From Acanthaster planci (lineage: Eukaryota): a DNA stretch of 64,000 nucleotides. Below are positions 51,101 through 63,940 of this stretch, piece by piece. Position 1 is the first letter of the stretch. Each line of letters opens with the position of its first letter. The translations under genes were made by a program, and so were the position numbers. Below the pieces are notes generated by a model. The model searched no databases, was not told the DNA's origin, and saw only the letters and a program-made list of their open reading frames with translations. The DNA lies in NCBI RefSeq assembly GCF_001949145.1, contig NW_019091360.1, forward strand, positions 1,485,599 to 1,549,598. The letters are read 5' to 3'.

Positions 51101-52489
51101 ATGCAGCTTGTGTCGAGTGTTCAGATGAAATGAGTGGATTTTTCTGTTTCTTTTTGTAGTATAAACAGAGTAAAGGCAAAGATAATCCTTTCCTGATTGT
51201 GGAGGGAAAGCTAACAGATGACTGGATGTGCCTTGACTTTGGTAAGTTGGCTAACACTTATGAAAGCTATAACATGAATATAAGAACCCATTGGGGCTGT
51301 GGTCGACATTTGAAGCAAGATATGGGACGGAGAGAACCCCCCCCACCTTTGTGTTTGTCATTGTTTGATCGGAATCTCAGGNNNNNNNNNNNGTAGGGAT
51401 TGGACAGGTAAGGGGGGTACCCCTCCGTCCCATATCTTGCCTGGTATAGTGTTCGATTAGTGACCATTTGTCGAGCACTGGTCGATTTTTCCCTGGTAAA
51501 CCTATGCACAAGAGATATACTGGGTATCGGGCAGATTCGACCACCAGTTGTCATTATGGTCACCGATCGAGCTTGGACCTTTTCAGTTCTTTTACAGGTG
51601 AGGGAGTAATCCTGGCCAATCCATAAGGGTGCTCAGCTGCATTGATATTTTTTCCTGACTTCTCAGGATTTCAGATTTCTTTCCATGACTGTTAGTTTTG
51701 TTTCTTTTGTTTTCTTTTATTAAAGAATTTTCAACATCCTACAGATCTACAGGAAGCTTTTGCTTATATTTCCTTTTGGATCAAATATCATGCCTGACTT
51801 GGTCCTGTTGTAGACAGGATTTGTTTCAAAGTTTGCATGCCATGTATTGTTCACTACAGTCCTTGAAAATGCACTTTTGTGTTTCAATTAACCTTATTTT
51901 AATCTCAAAACTGTGATTTCCTTCCGGGGAGAAAACGTCAATGTTGCATTTACTTACATAAAAACTGCTGGAATTTTTGATATTTTGCTGTTCCACATTT
52001 CCTTGTCTTGGGTAATTCATTGGTGTTTGCATACATAGCAATAAGCCAATGAACAAACAAACAAACCTATTACTGTACAGTATCTTTTCTGACTGACATC
52101 ACAGCAACAGTGCCCTCTGTTGTTTAGAAAATCACAGACAGTTTAAATGGTGAAAAAATGCACTTTTCGACACACTTAACCCCAAAAGGATATCAAATTA
52201 TTTTCATACCTCAAAGAAGAGTGAAAAGATGCCAAAATATTGTCTCTAAGAAAACCTTATTGCCTGGACCCTTTGAATTTATCTCTTTTATGTTTTGACA
52301 GGGAACACTGTCGTTCACTTCATGCTGGAAGAAACAAGAGAGCTCTATAACCTGGAGGAGCTGTGGACGGTCGGCAAGGACTTCGACAGTCACATCCAAC
52401 AGTGGAATCAACATGAGATACTCCTCTTTGATCCAGAGACAGACGTACAGCCACCCTCGACAGAAGGGGCTGAGACTCAGGAGAAATGA
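48101..52489 (+). CDS. MALSU1: Mitochondrial assembly of ribosomal large subunit protein 1 (RsfS/Iojap family), ~350 aa
   Basis: Exons: 48101-~48707 (a phase-1 donor at 48701 is an alternative); 49559-49737 (LREENAQDICVI..PPEKNYVDYFVVVTGRSARHL); 51160-51241 (IVEGKLTDDWMCLDF); 52302-52489 (GNTVVHFMLEETRELYNLEELW...*). RsfS signature motifs are present, and the Arg/Ser-rich N-terminus fits a mitochondrial presequence. Confidence 0.93.
50962..51103. repeat. Near-perfect ~140-bp inverted repeat (hairpin) in MALSU1 intron 2
   Basis: cataattcacatgtgtagggtcggctctttt pairs with aaaagagccgaccctacacatgtgaattatg. Inner aaggggctgctaaa pairs with tttagcagcccctt. Confidence 0.9.
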
Positions 52490-54727
52490 GTTGTGAGTTG
52501 ATGAGTTTTGAGTCGATGGGTTACCAGTGGGAAAAGGAGAGGATAGAATCCAATGGAAAGATGTCGAAGGACCACGTGACCTCATGGTTTTCCAAGATCG
52601 GCCGCCATCACCTAAGGCAAGCGCTTAGTTAGCAACTCAGTGCTACATCATAACCTTGACAAGGGGGCTCCTTTCTGCATAAAATTACTACAAATTCTTT
52701 TCAGGTAGCATAATGGTCATTGTGCCATGGACAGTCGCCGTTATCATGTCAATCCAGCCTAGTAACTAGTATTTTTCTCATACTTTCTGCCATTTAGGAA
52801 GCTTTTAGAACTGATGCCATGTTTGTACATGTAAATACAGTGTGTAGTGCTATGGGCTTTGCAACAATGGCGGACGTACGTTGGGTCATTTTTTTGTCAG
52901 CGAGGGACACCCTATTGGGCACTTGGCTGTGACAAGAGTACGATGTTGAAATGGCATAGGATTTAATCTGGCCTGAAGTGAACTAAATAAACCAGGTTTT
53001 TAATCATGATAAAGAACAAAAAATATTAACTGGAGCAGCATTTGAACCTGCGACTTTCTGAATTCTGGCGGTCCGCCAAAACCAGGTTTGACTACTATTA
53101 AGGGTCTTTCCAATGGACCGTTTTTTTCATAGAACCGTTGAAAATACAAACTTTTTGTCTCAGTATATTTTCAATGTTTATTTTCCTTGTTGAAAGGTAA
53201 TCTGGTACCTTTTTCATTTTATGCTAATTAGATTTCCGTATTCATAAACAGCACTATGATGTCATTCCAGGCATAAAGATTCAATGTTGTACATGTATTG
53301 ATTTGTGTACACAGATTTGCTGGAATTGGTTCACTGTCATGTCAGTGCATGGCAAAAAAGCCAACAAGAAACCCTTTATTAGAAATAATCCAATGGTAAA
53401 ATTTGGGTTCACAAGTGGAACGGAGAATGCCTGTTTCTGAACACTGCCTTCCTCAAGCAGCATCACAGCAGCAGCGCCCTCGGTTGTCTAGAAAAGCATG
53501 GACCATACATTAAAACCTTAAATACATGCCAAAGAATTTCACAACAAATCATAGCACATACATACAAATCACTCTGAGGCAGCAAGTGATTGGAAGAGTT
53601 CCGCAGTCCGTACTCTGATTGAAATTCCATTGGTGATGTACCCTGTTACTTCTCACTGGCCCTTTGAATGGATTCGTTACCGGATGGGCTCAACTTCAGC
53701 AATTTTACTTCAGGCTTTCCCTGCCAATAAAGCAACCACATTATTTAATTTGTCCTGAATTCATCTTGTACCATAATATAATATGTGCCAACGCTCGTCT
53801 GCACTCGTTTTACTATCAAAATGAAAGCTGTGTCAGAATGACTGCACTGGTTATGAGTGGAAAGCCTCTGATTAGTGGCTTCATGCATTTCTCACCAATG
53901 CTTGCTCTATTCCAGCCGACATCAAGAAATTCCCATATGGTCTTTCTTATCCAAAATATTATACTTTGATCCCTTAAATGTAAACAGAATTTCAGCTGGA
54001 GTGCATGTCAAACTGGAATTATGTTATTTTTGGTTGTTGACACAACCACTCTAAGGGAGAGGTTTTTTTCTTCCTTGAAGTTGAAGTTACCAGATATGTG
54101 ATAGTGGTTTTTTTGCAGGTACAAATTTTTACGTGAATACGACGTGTTTCTGTTGATGTCCCATATTGTGCAATGAGCCATACATTGTTTATGGCACAGT
54201 CACATGTAGGCCTAGCTGGTAAAAACTATTCCAGCGATGGATTCTGTCATTTGTCTCTACTCAGCACTGCTCATCATCTGATGACTAAAAGTTCAGCCTA
54301 CTCCAATTGATCCGTTTTAATTTCAGTTCTTGCAAGTCTTACTGGTCCTCGAATCAAACTTCAAGCTGGTTAGCAGGGTGCTTTTCATTCACATGCTGTT
54401 AACAATCATTTTACAAATTAAAACGTGCAAATGTATTTGTTGGGTTCGATGCGATCAGTCGATCAGGACAATGCCCCGATTGTGTTGCGCTATAGGCAGG
54501 TCAATCCTGTATGAAATTGCTGATTTCACTTCTTTTCAAAACAGTCTTTCAGAAACGGGAATAAGAAAGAAACGTCGATTGGCTCAAGGCCAAGTTATGC
54601 GGAGAGCATACAATAAGATGGAGACAGATCAAATAATCCTGCATATCGACTGATTGCCCCCAACATATCTTACCATTCCACACACACACACAGTGAGGTA
54701 TCACAGCGAAGTGTGCGGTGCACTTGC

Positions 54728-54904
54728 AATACAAGCGATTCACAAAAGTGCGCCACCCAGAGTCTGCAACACGTTGGCCAATCACAATGCGCGAAATCTG
54801 TCGACCCAATGCGCGTTTGAAAAGGGTCGACAAATTTCGCATGTTGTGATTGGCCAACGCGTTGCAGACTCTTGGGGGGCGCACTATTGTGAATCGCCCG
54901 TATT
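54728..54904. mobile_element. Fully palindromic MITE; second copy at ~58498-58675
   Basis: 'gcgattcacaa...ttggccaatcacaa...tgtcgaccc' mirrors 'gggtcgaca...ttgtgattggccaa...ttgtgaatcgc'. The same family occurs at 58500-58670. Confidence 0.8.
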
Positions 54905-55487
54905 AAAACTAATTTATTTACATACAAAGATATCTGGTGCACCCGACTTGCTTAGAATATCCATGAGAATCTTTCTTTGCATTTGAATTATCAGAGACTA
55001 TTAAGGCAATTTGCCAATGGTGATAACCAAACAGTGTAAGGTCAGCATTCTGTTTGTTTATTGGATTACGAACATGGCATACAATTTTGCAGGGTCTGAG
55101 GGCAAAATTTTTAAAAAAAATTCTCTTATAATTATGTTCCATTTTTTCCCACAATTATCCATGGTTGGAGGAGAAAACAAATTAAATTTAGCACATTAAT
55201 TTTTTTTTCAAAACAGCCCTTGAAAAAAATTAATTTCACTTTGTTATTTTATTATGTTTCCTTAATTGCATTATTCGCAGTAGATAGGTTCGTAATCCAA
55301 CTAATAAAAATTGCGTACCTAAATTAGCATGTACCACCTTAATGAAGTGAAACTTATTAAAAAAACACACAAAACCAAAACAAAACCAAAAAACATCTCA
55401 TTGACCGAACCATAGATCAAATTGTGAATATACTTCTTTCCAAGATTCCATCGACACTTTTTTTTAATTAAAATTACAGGAAGGCTT

Positions 55488-55713
55488 CAGGGGCGGATCC
55501 AAGATTTTATACCAGGGTTCGATTTTTTAAACTGCATTTTTCGTTATTGAAGCCATTAAATCTTTTCGTTTTGTTCTTAACCAAACATGCAAATAAGACG
55601 CCTAGAGGATTCATGCTTTCGAGAGGCTTGCAACCTTTAGATGTAGTAAGACACTAAACAATGCAGTAAGCTAAAGGGGGGGGCATTACCCCCACTCCCT
55701 GGATCCGTTCCTT
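55488..55713. mobile_element. hAT-like MITE (CAGGGGCGGATCC...GGATCCG)
   Basis: Left caggggcggatcca, right ctggatccgttcctt (degenerate TIR). No TSD confirmed. Confidence 0.45.
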
Positions 55714-58700
55714 GGCTTTTGCAGGTCCTTGTAAAATGCACACAGAATCCTGGATTCACATCTAGTCTAGTGACCGAATGGTTGAGGTTTGTCGCTTCCG
55801 ACCATGGGGTGGGGGCTGCATGCTGTGACCTTGGGCAAATCACCCCCATGTGCCTCTCTCCATCCAAGAATAACTGGGTACCTGTGAGAGCAGATGTAGT
55901 TATGTTTAGCCGTTTGTGCCTGAAATGGCAACATCGGGCGGGTATACTCCCCAGAAAGTCAAGGCCGTGTCCGAAACGGGCTTCCAGAGCTATGGCTAGG
56001 TCTATTGTCTGCGCGTCTCCACGCATTTCCAATGGAGCGAAGACCGAGACCTAGCTCTAGACAAGAGATTCGGATGCAGCCTAAGACAGTCTTATGAAAT
56101 GTTCAGATGAGCCCAAGTGATAGGCTCAAGATGAATTAAGAGTATTGCATCCGGTGTTTAATGTGTGAAGATTTATTTGAATAATTTATCAAAATCATTC
56201 AATTCTGCAAAGAACAAATATGGACATACTTTTGAGTGGCATACGTTTGGGTGACTATGCGTTAAATCAAGCCGAGCCGTCTGGATAAATCATTAATGGT
56301 AGAATTGCTGCATCAAAGTCATTTCAATTAACAAACAAAGTCATGATTTTAACAATAATGATCCAATCGTTACAACGCGCGTGTCATATCGAACACTGAG
56401 AAGATTCAAACCTACTCACTGGGACCGGACACAGCGTCCATCATTTCATTTAGCAACAACTCGCGGTTCATTTAAGAGATGCAGTTCACAGCAGATGCAG
56501 TCGAACTGGACGACCTAAGATTTATAGTTATATTAATATAGCGGGAAATTGTACACACTAACTGCCATAAAACCGACATCAAGGTTCAATTTGTAACAGT
56601 CGAAGGGTCCAATAAACTCTCAATCGTTCTGGAACTTATCGATCTTCAAACCTTCAGTCATTTTGTACTTTACAGGTTAATTAAATCATGGTCAAAAAAC
56701 TCGTGAAGTCAATGTACTTGTATATACTAAAAGGGAAAATATTTTCATGAATAAAATATGCTACGAAGGATAAGCGCATACAGTTCGGCAGTACGTAGAT
56801 CTCCCAGTGCTTACCTTAAACACTTTAAATTACTTGGGGAAACAGTAAATCGGCTAACGTTTAGCCCAGCACTACAACTTAATGAATTTAATATAAGTGT
56901 CACGCCCCGCTTGCTTCATGCGTAATGCGCGTGACGTAATGTGCGTGATGTCATACACGTCCAGAGGTGGGCGTAACCGATCGAAACACCACTGAACAGA
57001 AAAAATAATAATTATTTGTGCGTTTATGACCTTAAATGGCGGATACTGTGCGTCTTATAAATGTTCTGATGTTATTATTAAAGGAATGAATGTGTGCTTG
57101 GCCGGTCTTGACACAACTTACGCCCTCGCCTGAAGCTCGAGCATTATCAGCAATCAGTCTCCCGAGTCGACCGGCCAAGCACATTCAGTCCCATTCATAG
57201 ATACCTTTTTAGCCAGAGAGTCAAAAGAAGTCTATATATGACGGATATCCGACGATTTTGTTGTAGAATCTTACTTTCACTTTTCCGAACACCCCTGTCC
57301 ATTTTATGTTGTAGTAGTCCAAAAGAATCTCCTTATATGGACTTATCGCGCGCGTGGCGAGCCAGGGGCACACAAACTCTTGACCAATCAGAATCGATTA
57401 GATGGTCTCGTATCCAGGCGCCAGCACGTGATTTACACCGCGGGCATTATCACTTCTCAGTGGGCATTATCAATGCTATTTCACTGTCAAATTGCACGTT
57501 GTTGGATAGGGAGACTTTCTGAGGTATATGTGAATAAATATAATCATTTAACAATGTTTATCCGTTATCAATCTGTAAACTCTGCCACAACAAAATGTAC
57601 ATGTATACAGTGTTTACGATACTGTAATTTAAATTTAGTACATGTATATAGCCAAGTATAGCGTACCCAAGATAGCTCCAAAGCATACGTTAACAATTAG
57701 CATTAATACAGTGCTTATGCAACTGGTTACCACATTTACATCAAATTTACATACATCCATACCAGGCAGTGTTTCAACATATTAGACTATCCCTCACAAA
57801 CAAATGGGATCGTCAAGTTGTTAAGTTACCACCTCTTCCCAAAATTAAGACGTCCATAAAGTACGAAAGAACAACAAAACCAGAAAGATTTTGTTTCTGT
57901 CTTATTTCATAAATAGTGAGAATGACACTCTTTGTCGGGACAGACTGTATCGATTGTCACTATTGTTCCCAGAAGTTTAGGTGTGAGGTCGTTAAATTTC
58001 CGAGACTTCCCTCGTCAAGGTCGTGGCCTCATCCCTCTGAATGTTTCACGACACACACTATCAAGTTATTCTAGAAATTAGGGGTCCATTTTTTTGTGTC
58101 CCTGTCACATCTGGCGTGTGATTTTGTAAGTTCAGAACACCTTTTTTAATTTCCAAGAGTGCTGAATTAATGCAAATTAACTGCCGAACAAATACTAATA
58201 ATTTGAAATCAATTCTGGTGATATTTCCACGACAAATAACAAAGGTCAGATGTATTAACAGGGACATCAAAAATAATATCACACTTTTGGACCCCTAATT
58301 TGTGGTATTACCTGATTAAAACAGTGGGCCAGCGGAAAATATAAACTTCATCTTGAAATGGTCAGGGCGACCAGAACCATGAACTTGTTTCAGCTTGGGT
58401 CTTTGGTTAAGCGTTTTCGCGACTTGTTATGCCTCTGTGACGTCATTGTTCCCACTGTACGAGATCCGAAGGTTGGGCTTGGTTCAGCGCCGGTTCGAAT
58501 ACGGGCGATTCACAATAGCGCGCCTCCAAGGGTTTTGCAACGCAGTGGCCAATCACAACGCGCGAAATTTGTCGACCATCTCCAAACGCGCACAGGGTCG
58601 ATAGATTTCGCTCATTGTAATTTCCCAACGCATTGCAAACCTCTTGGAGGCGCACTCACTATGGTGAAACGCCTCTATTGGCGGAAATAAACAGACAATA

Positions 58701-59118
58701 TTGTCGCCCCTCTGAGTGAATTATAGTTGTCAAATTGCCGTTAAATGCAGCGAAGCAATGAAATACTTCCTTTTAAAACGTTCGGCTGAGTTCGGGTGGC
58801 TTGTTCTCGTATGTTCATGAACAGCTCGATTTTGTTGTTCGTAGGTCAAACGCCAGAAACAAACAACTGGTTATTGCTGGCAGTTCAGTGGCAAGCAACA
58901 TGCAACATGGCGGCGTTCATATACGTTACTCGGGAGTTAAAGTTTGGATAACTGAGCTGATTTTTTTCTATTTTAACAGGAAGATTTATTTCTGTGTTAT
59001 GGAAAAGAATTTATGTTAATTTTACAAAATTCCCCATTGTCTCTGACTTTATAAGCCATCTCTCTACTTTTTTTTTACAAACTGTAGCGGTAATCTGCTC
59101 AAATAAAATGTTGTTATA

Positions 59119-59292
59119 CACTCAAAAAACTCCCAGGTCAGATTGACTCAATTGGCGTGACCCTCTTCTGAGTAAAAAAGACTCCCTTTCGGGTCGTATT
59201 AGACCTTTTCTGGGTCATTAATTGACCCTGAAAAGGGTCACGCCGAATGGGACGCAATTCCGGGTCAATCTGACCCAGGAGTTTTTAGAGTG
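59119..59292. mobile_element. Small TIR element with CAC...GTG termini and TA flanks
   Basis: ta|cactcaaaaaactcccaggtcagattgac ... gtcaatctgacccaggagtttttagagtg|ta. Confidence 0.75.
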
Positions 59293-59454
59293 TAGATGAA
59301 AATTATTTCGCCTCGTGGCGCGTGTTTAGATTGTTATATTAATATTCATATTTAGAGCTTTACAGTTTGGCTTGGTTTCCTTATAACAGGCTTATACCAT
59401 CAGCTTAACAGCGTCATGAAATGTACAGGTGTTAAGTAGTCCAGAAACTTTCTT

Positions 59455-59715
59455 GTTGTTTTAATGGCGCTTTCAGCTACTCAGGCTATTTGTGCCAATA
59501 ACTATGCGTTTATTCATAACCTTTATTAATCAGCACCACATTGCGGAGTTAGGAAGAAGGTCCAGTTTTAGAGGCTGGAGGAAACCGGAGTACCCGGAGA
59601 AAACCTGCCAGAGCGAGGATGGACTGGAAACCAAATGCACTTAAAGCCTGGGCCAAGCTGGGACTCGAACCCGGGCCTCATTGATGCAAAGCGAGCCAGG
59701 AAAGAACCGCTCACC
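59455..59715 (-). mobile_element. tRNA-derived SINE carrying a V-domain-like core
   Basis: GGAGGAAACCGGAGTACCCGGAGAAAACC (reverse of the V-SINE core GGTTTTCTCCGGGTACTCCGGTTTCCTCC) and the reverse B-box GGACTCGAACCCGGG. Confidence 0.7.
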
Positions 59716-60247
59716 TGTACGGAAGTGCATTGGGGACATGGCTACAAAAAGGAGCACTAAGTTGCCTAGGTGGATTACTACTCAAGGCCGATTAATCTTT
59801 CGCCCTGACGGTCTGTTGTTCCACCATTTCGACAGTAATCGGCACAGGCGAAATAATCCACCCTGGCGATAAAGTAATCCGCTTTGGCTAAATAATCTGC
59901 CAGAGAGAAATAGTTGAGCAGTTTTTTTTTTTCAGTCATGTCATAAAGCGCTTCCGTAGACTAGAGCCTAAGACAAACTTAATGCGGACTTGCCCATAAA
60001 GAAATGCAAAATACAGCCAATCCTCGTTAATAAAAGCACTGTACAGTATTATGCTTATTACAAGGAAAATTTTAGATCTAATCCTTTGTTCTTTATTGTT
60101 TTCATTCCTGACAAAGCAAGGTCCCTATCGCAACAATGTAATCTGCAACGAGGTTCGAGTCGGTGCGTGTTTGTGTAACAACACGGCACCAGTTGCCTAT
60201 GTCAAAAGTAAAACCGTCCCCAGGTAAATGTGTCCCCCGAACACTTC

Positions 60248-63200
60248 CTATAACCCGGTATCGTATGTTTTAGCACCTGCAAGGGTCTGCGACTGTTTCG
60301 TTACGGACCCGTCATCATGCCTCTTTCCGCACCATGGACCACACGTCGACCGGGCGGTTCTTTTCCAGAAACACCAGACTTTCTTGTTGCAAATGAAAGC
60401 GAAGAAGATGTACAATGCCTGGCTTGAGTTGAGGAGGATGAAGACGTACCACAGGGCGACGACGTCACTTATAGCCGCCGCAAAACCAAAGATCCATGTG
60501 AATCCCATGAGGGTGGCTATCTGGTTTAATGAGGGGACGCAAAATGTTGAAACTGAAGTCACCACAACCTTTAGAACCAACCATCCCAAAACCAGGGTAA
60601 ATGATGTTGACAGTTTAGGTTTAGAGATCCAAAGCTTAAGAGAGAAAACTTTGCTCGGAATCTGCGTTTTAATTTGATTGATTTCAACGAAACTTTCACA
60701 CATGGCCCAAAACATCGGTCATGTGTAAAACTTGCAACGACCAAAGATCTTTTGTGAGGCGTATATGAAGAATAAAACGCCACAGAGTAGAAGTGATGAA
60801 TTAAGAGACTGTTATCTAAATAGTTAATTATTCATATCAGAATGATTTGACTGAGACCTTTAGTACCTTTTTAAAAAGGTATGCGCAGTATATAAGATGG
60901 CAAATGGGATTGAGTGAAATAATGCAAGGTCAATTTCGTTTGAATATTTTATATAAAGATAGGCCTACACACGCACTTTAAGAGTTGATTTAAATTGGCA
61001 GCCTATTCAAGGGAGATGAAATTCATTTACCTTGATGTAAATAACCACTTCTTCCACGATCTGCTGCATTTCAGGCTTGTTGCTGAGTACGTGTTGCGTA
61101 TCTCTCTTTGTTTTCCTGATCCCACAGACGGTGAGAGAAAACAAGACGATGTTTGTCAAGACCACAGCCCCGATGGGAACGCCTACCACAACAATGCTGA
61201 CATAACCGTTGCCGATCCAACACACGTGTTCATTTCCGTACCACAGGGGAAGATCTGTGCAGTCGCAGACGTGTAGGATAAAACAAGGGAGTGCTATCAA
61301 CAACGGCACACCCCAGGCAAATGACAGCGACGCCAGGGAAACCCCAGTGCTTCTGCTTCGACAGGTGTTCTTCCACGCCGTGAACGTGCGGTTGAGAATG
61401 AAGGCCAGGACTCCAGTCCACATGACAGAGACAAGGAGAAAGTAGTGCGCCAACAGGGCCACGATGGTGCAGGCGGCCTGAGCTTGGGTCGCCACGCCGC
61501 TTAACAGGAGCAGAAGTTGGGCGAGGAAGAGCGCCGCTGTGAAATTCAGGATGGGCCCGCTGGTGCGATTCCGGAGCTTCTTGAAGACACAGAATGTCAC
61601 GAAAGTGACGACTGCTGCCAACATCGAGACTATGTTTGCAGTGAGGTTGAGAATTTGTTGCGGTAGGGAGTACTGGAAGAAAGTAAAAGTCTGGGTGATA
61701 TTGCGAGTTCCGTTCTGCTCGTTGAAGGAGCAAACTTGGATTTCGCCGTCGGCAGTTTCTATGTAACTGTCTCGATTAAAAACGGCCCGCGTGGGCATGT
61801 AAACCAGGGTATTTTCGTCGTCACCGGCGGGGAGAAACAGGGAACGATTGAAAGTCTCAAGCAGACAACTGAGGTCGGGATTCTGACAGAGCTGGACTTG
61901 AGACGGAGGCGACGAAATGGCCGCTGGAGGTTGTCGCGTTAGCCAATCAAATGTCTCCCGCCAAATGGTCATGTTTCTGGGGACTGCCAAATCACTATCG
62001 GCCGTTACATTCTGCCACCTCCCGGCGCACCTTGCCAGCGATAAGCTTGCGTCGTGGTATAGAATTTCCATAGAAGTGATCGATGTGGTATCGGCAAGAT
62101 CAGAACAAAAGGTGCGGCCTTCCATTGCCAATACCTTCTGATGAACCTCCTGAAAAGCTGCCCGTTTTAACCGAGTCATGAATGCAAAGACAACTGGCCT
62201 CTTTCCTGGCTGCCCCAAGCAGTTATTTGATTGGAGCAATTCCGAATCCATCGTTGAAATTTCCATCTGACTTCTGTTAACTTGTACAAGGTCATCCAGA
62301 CAGGTTTTGATAATTTCCTCCAGTGGATCTTCAGCAGTCCGGCGGTCGGCACAGGCGGCTACGTGGAAGTAGGTGATCATTTCCTGGCCGGATACGTGGA
62401 TATCTCCCGCCAGCCGAACGCAGCGTTCCCCTTCCAAAGCATACCCATCCGCACACGTCAGCCTGCGACATCTTGAAAGAAATGGGTCGTACACTTCGTT
62501 CACTGAACAAGTGACAGGGACCTCACTGACCACCACTCTGCCTTCACTCACCAATTTGACATTACCTGCGGATCGGAAGTCAAAGACGATCGAAATTGGA
62601 GGAGGCCCGGGGAACTGCGGGGCGGGTGCAGGCGGTCTATATAAGGTGTCGTCGGTTACCAATACGGGATACTTCCGTAAGCAATCAACGAAATCTATAG
62701 TCTTATTGTTGTTGCATATCAAACAGTGCGGGTTCTTGTAAAGAGTTCGAGACACAAAGTCGACGGTCGCAGTGAGAGCTGTGTACGACGAGCAGAGCGG
62801 TGCCAGTGGGTGACCGATCGGGCATTCTGCTCTCGCGTCGAGGTAGCAGGTTCTGACAGCAGAGCCAGCCCTACCCGGCGGTTCCTTGACCAATATGCAC
62901 CCCACTTCGTACCTTATTATATCCAGCGTCTCCCTGGACGTGGATAATGACAACAGATCAAAGGCCTCCTCCTGGTAAGAAACTTGGGTGCACTCAAAAG
63001 TCAAGGACCATGGTTCCAGATCCGTTACATTTTCCCGCCAGCAGAGGGCGCAGTACACGTTCCTGTACGGGAAATGATTCTTCACGCCCAGAACTGGAAT
63101 TTCTGACAGAAAATCGTCCGTGTCAATTTGCTCGCACCGTTGCCGTAAGACTTCTTCGCCAGTCAGATTGTCATTGGGACAAACGGCAATGACGTAGTAT

Positions 63201-63940
63201 CCTTCAGACTGTTGGAATCTCTCAACGTTGCACTTGAAATCAACAAGCTGCGAAATAAAACGTGAAACTGTCGAACGTATAAGGTACGAAAGCCCAAAAG
63301 TAATACTTTTTCAAAAAGTGCAGAATAATTTTCCAAGTCTATTTTTAGAAGAATTTTTTTAACTTCGGTTTTACGAGTATATTTTTTCCAAAGATCGTTT
63401 GTTCGAGACATTAATTATCCAGTTCGTTCTTATGTGATCTATATTAAGAAACATTGGCGCTGTTTTTATAAACAAATCGTTTTTACGAATTACATTTTAC
63501 TAAGTTAAGGCTGCAGCATGCCGTGTGGCGATGCACTTATTTTGATCCGTTCTCGTTTCCATGTTCACATCTGTTTGCTGTGTTATATTCCTACATAATT
63601 TCAGTAAACAGTCTCAAAAACCTACGCATGCAGACACGAGATATTCTATTACGGCTATTATCCTTGTTCCAACGATATTTACACAATTTCAAGCTTACCG
63701 TTAATTTTCCCAAACGTTGGGAAGTCGAAAATTCATCGTTGGCCGTTGTCATACACGTTCCTTCGTAGTCTATGCAACAGTCATGGAAGAAGTTACAAAG
63801 TCCATCGCATTGGCACAACGGGGCGGCCGAAGAGCTGTTGGCCATATGCGGCTGGAAACTACAACCAAGGCTGCTGCAAAGGTGACGCTGGGTGCAGATG
63901 TCAACCGATGTACCGCCCAGTTCAATTAAGGTCAGTGATT
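60248..63940 (-). CDS. Class B2/adhesion- or Methuselah-like 7TM GPCR with a somatomedin-B-like and Cys-rich ectodomain; 5' exon(s) lie beyond the right edge
   Basis: Exon 63699-63940 is SMB-like (CQCDGLCNFFHDCCIDYEGTC). Exon 61031-63247 (739 codons) has Cys modules YRNVYCALC and YKNPHCLIC, then CSVNEVYDPFLSRCR and TM1-5 with the 7tm_2 motifs CTIVALLAHYFLL..WT, AWGVPLLI and CWI. Exon 60248-60520 carries TM6-7 (LMGFTWIFGF...LNSSQALYIFFAFIC). All junctions are GT-AG and in phase. Confidence 0.9.

Noticed and set aside
61007..63085. The 692-aa ORF as a complete single-exon gene
   Set aside because: It begins at GTG inside a larger exon (acceptor at 63247), lacks a signal peptide and TM6-7, and splices at 61031 to the final exon.
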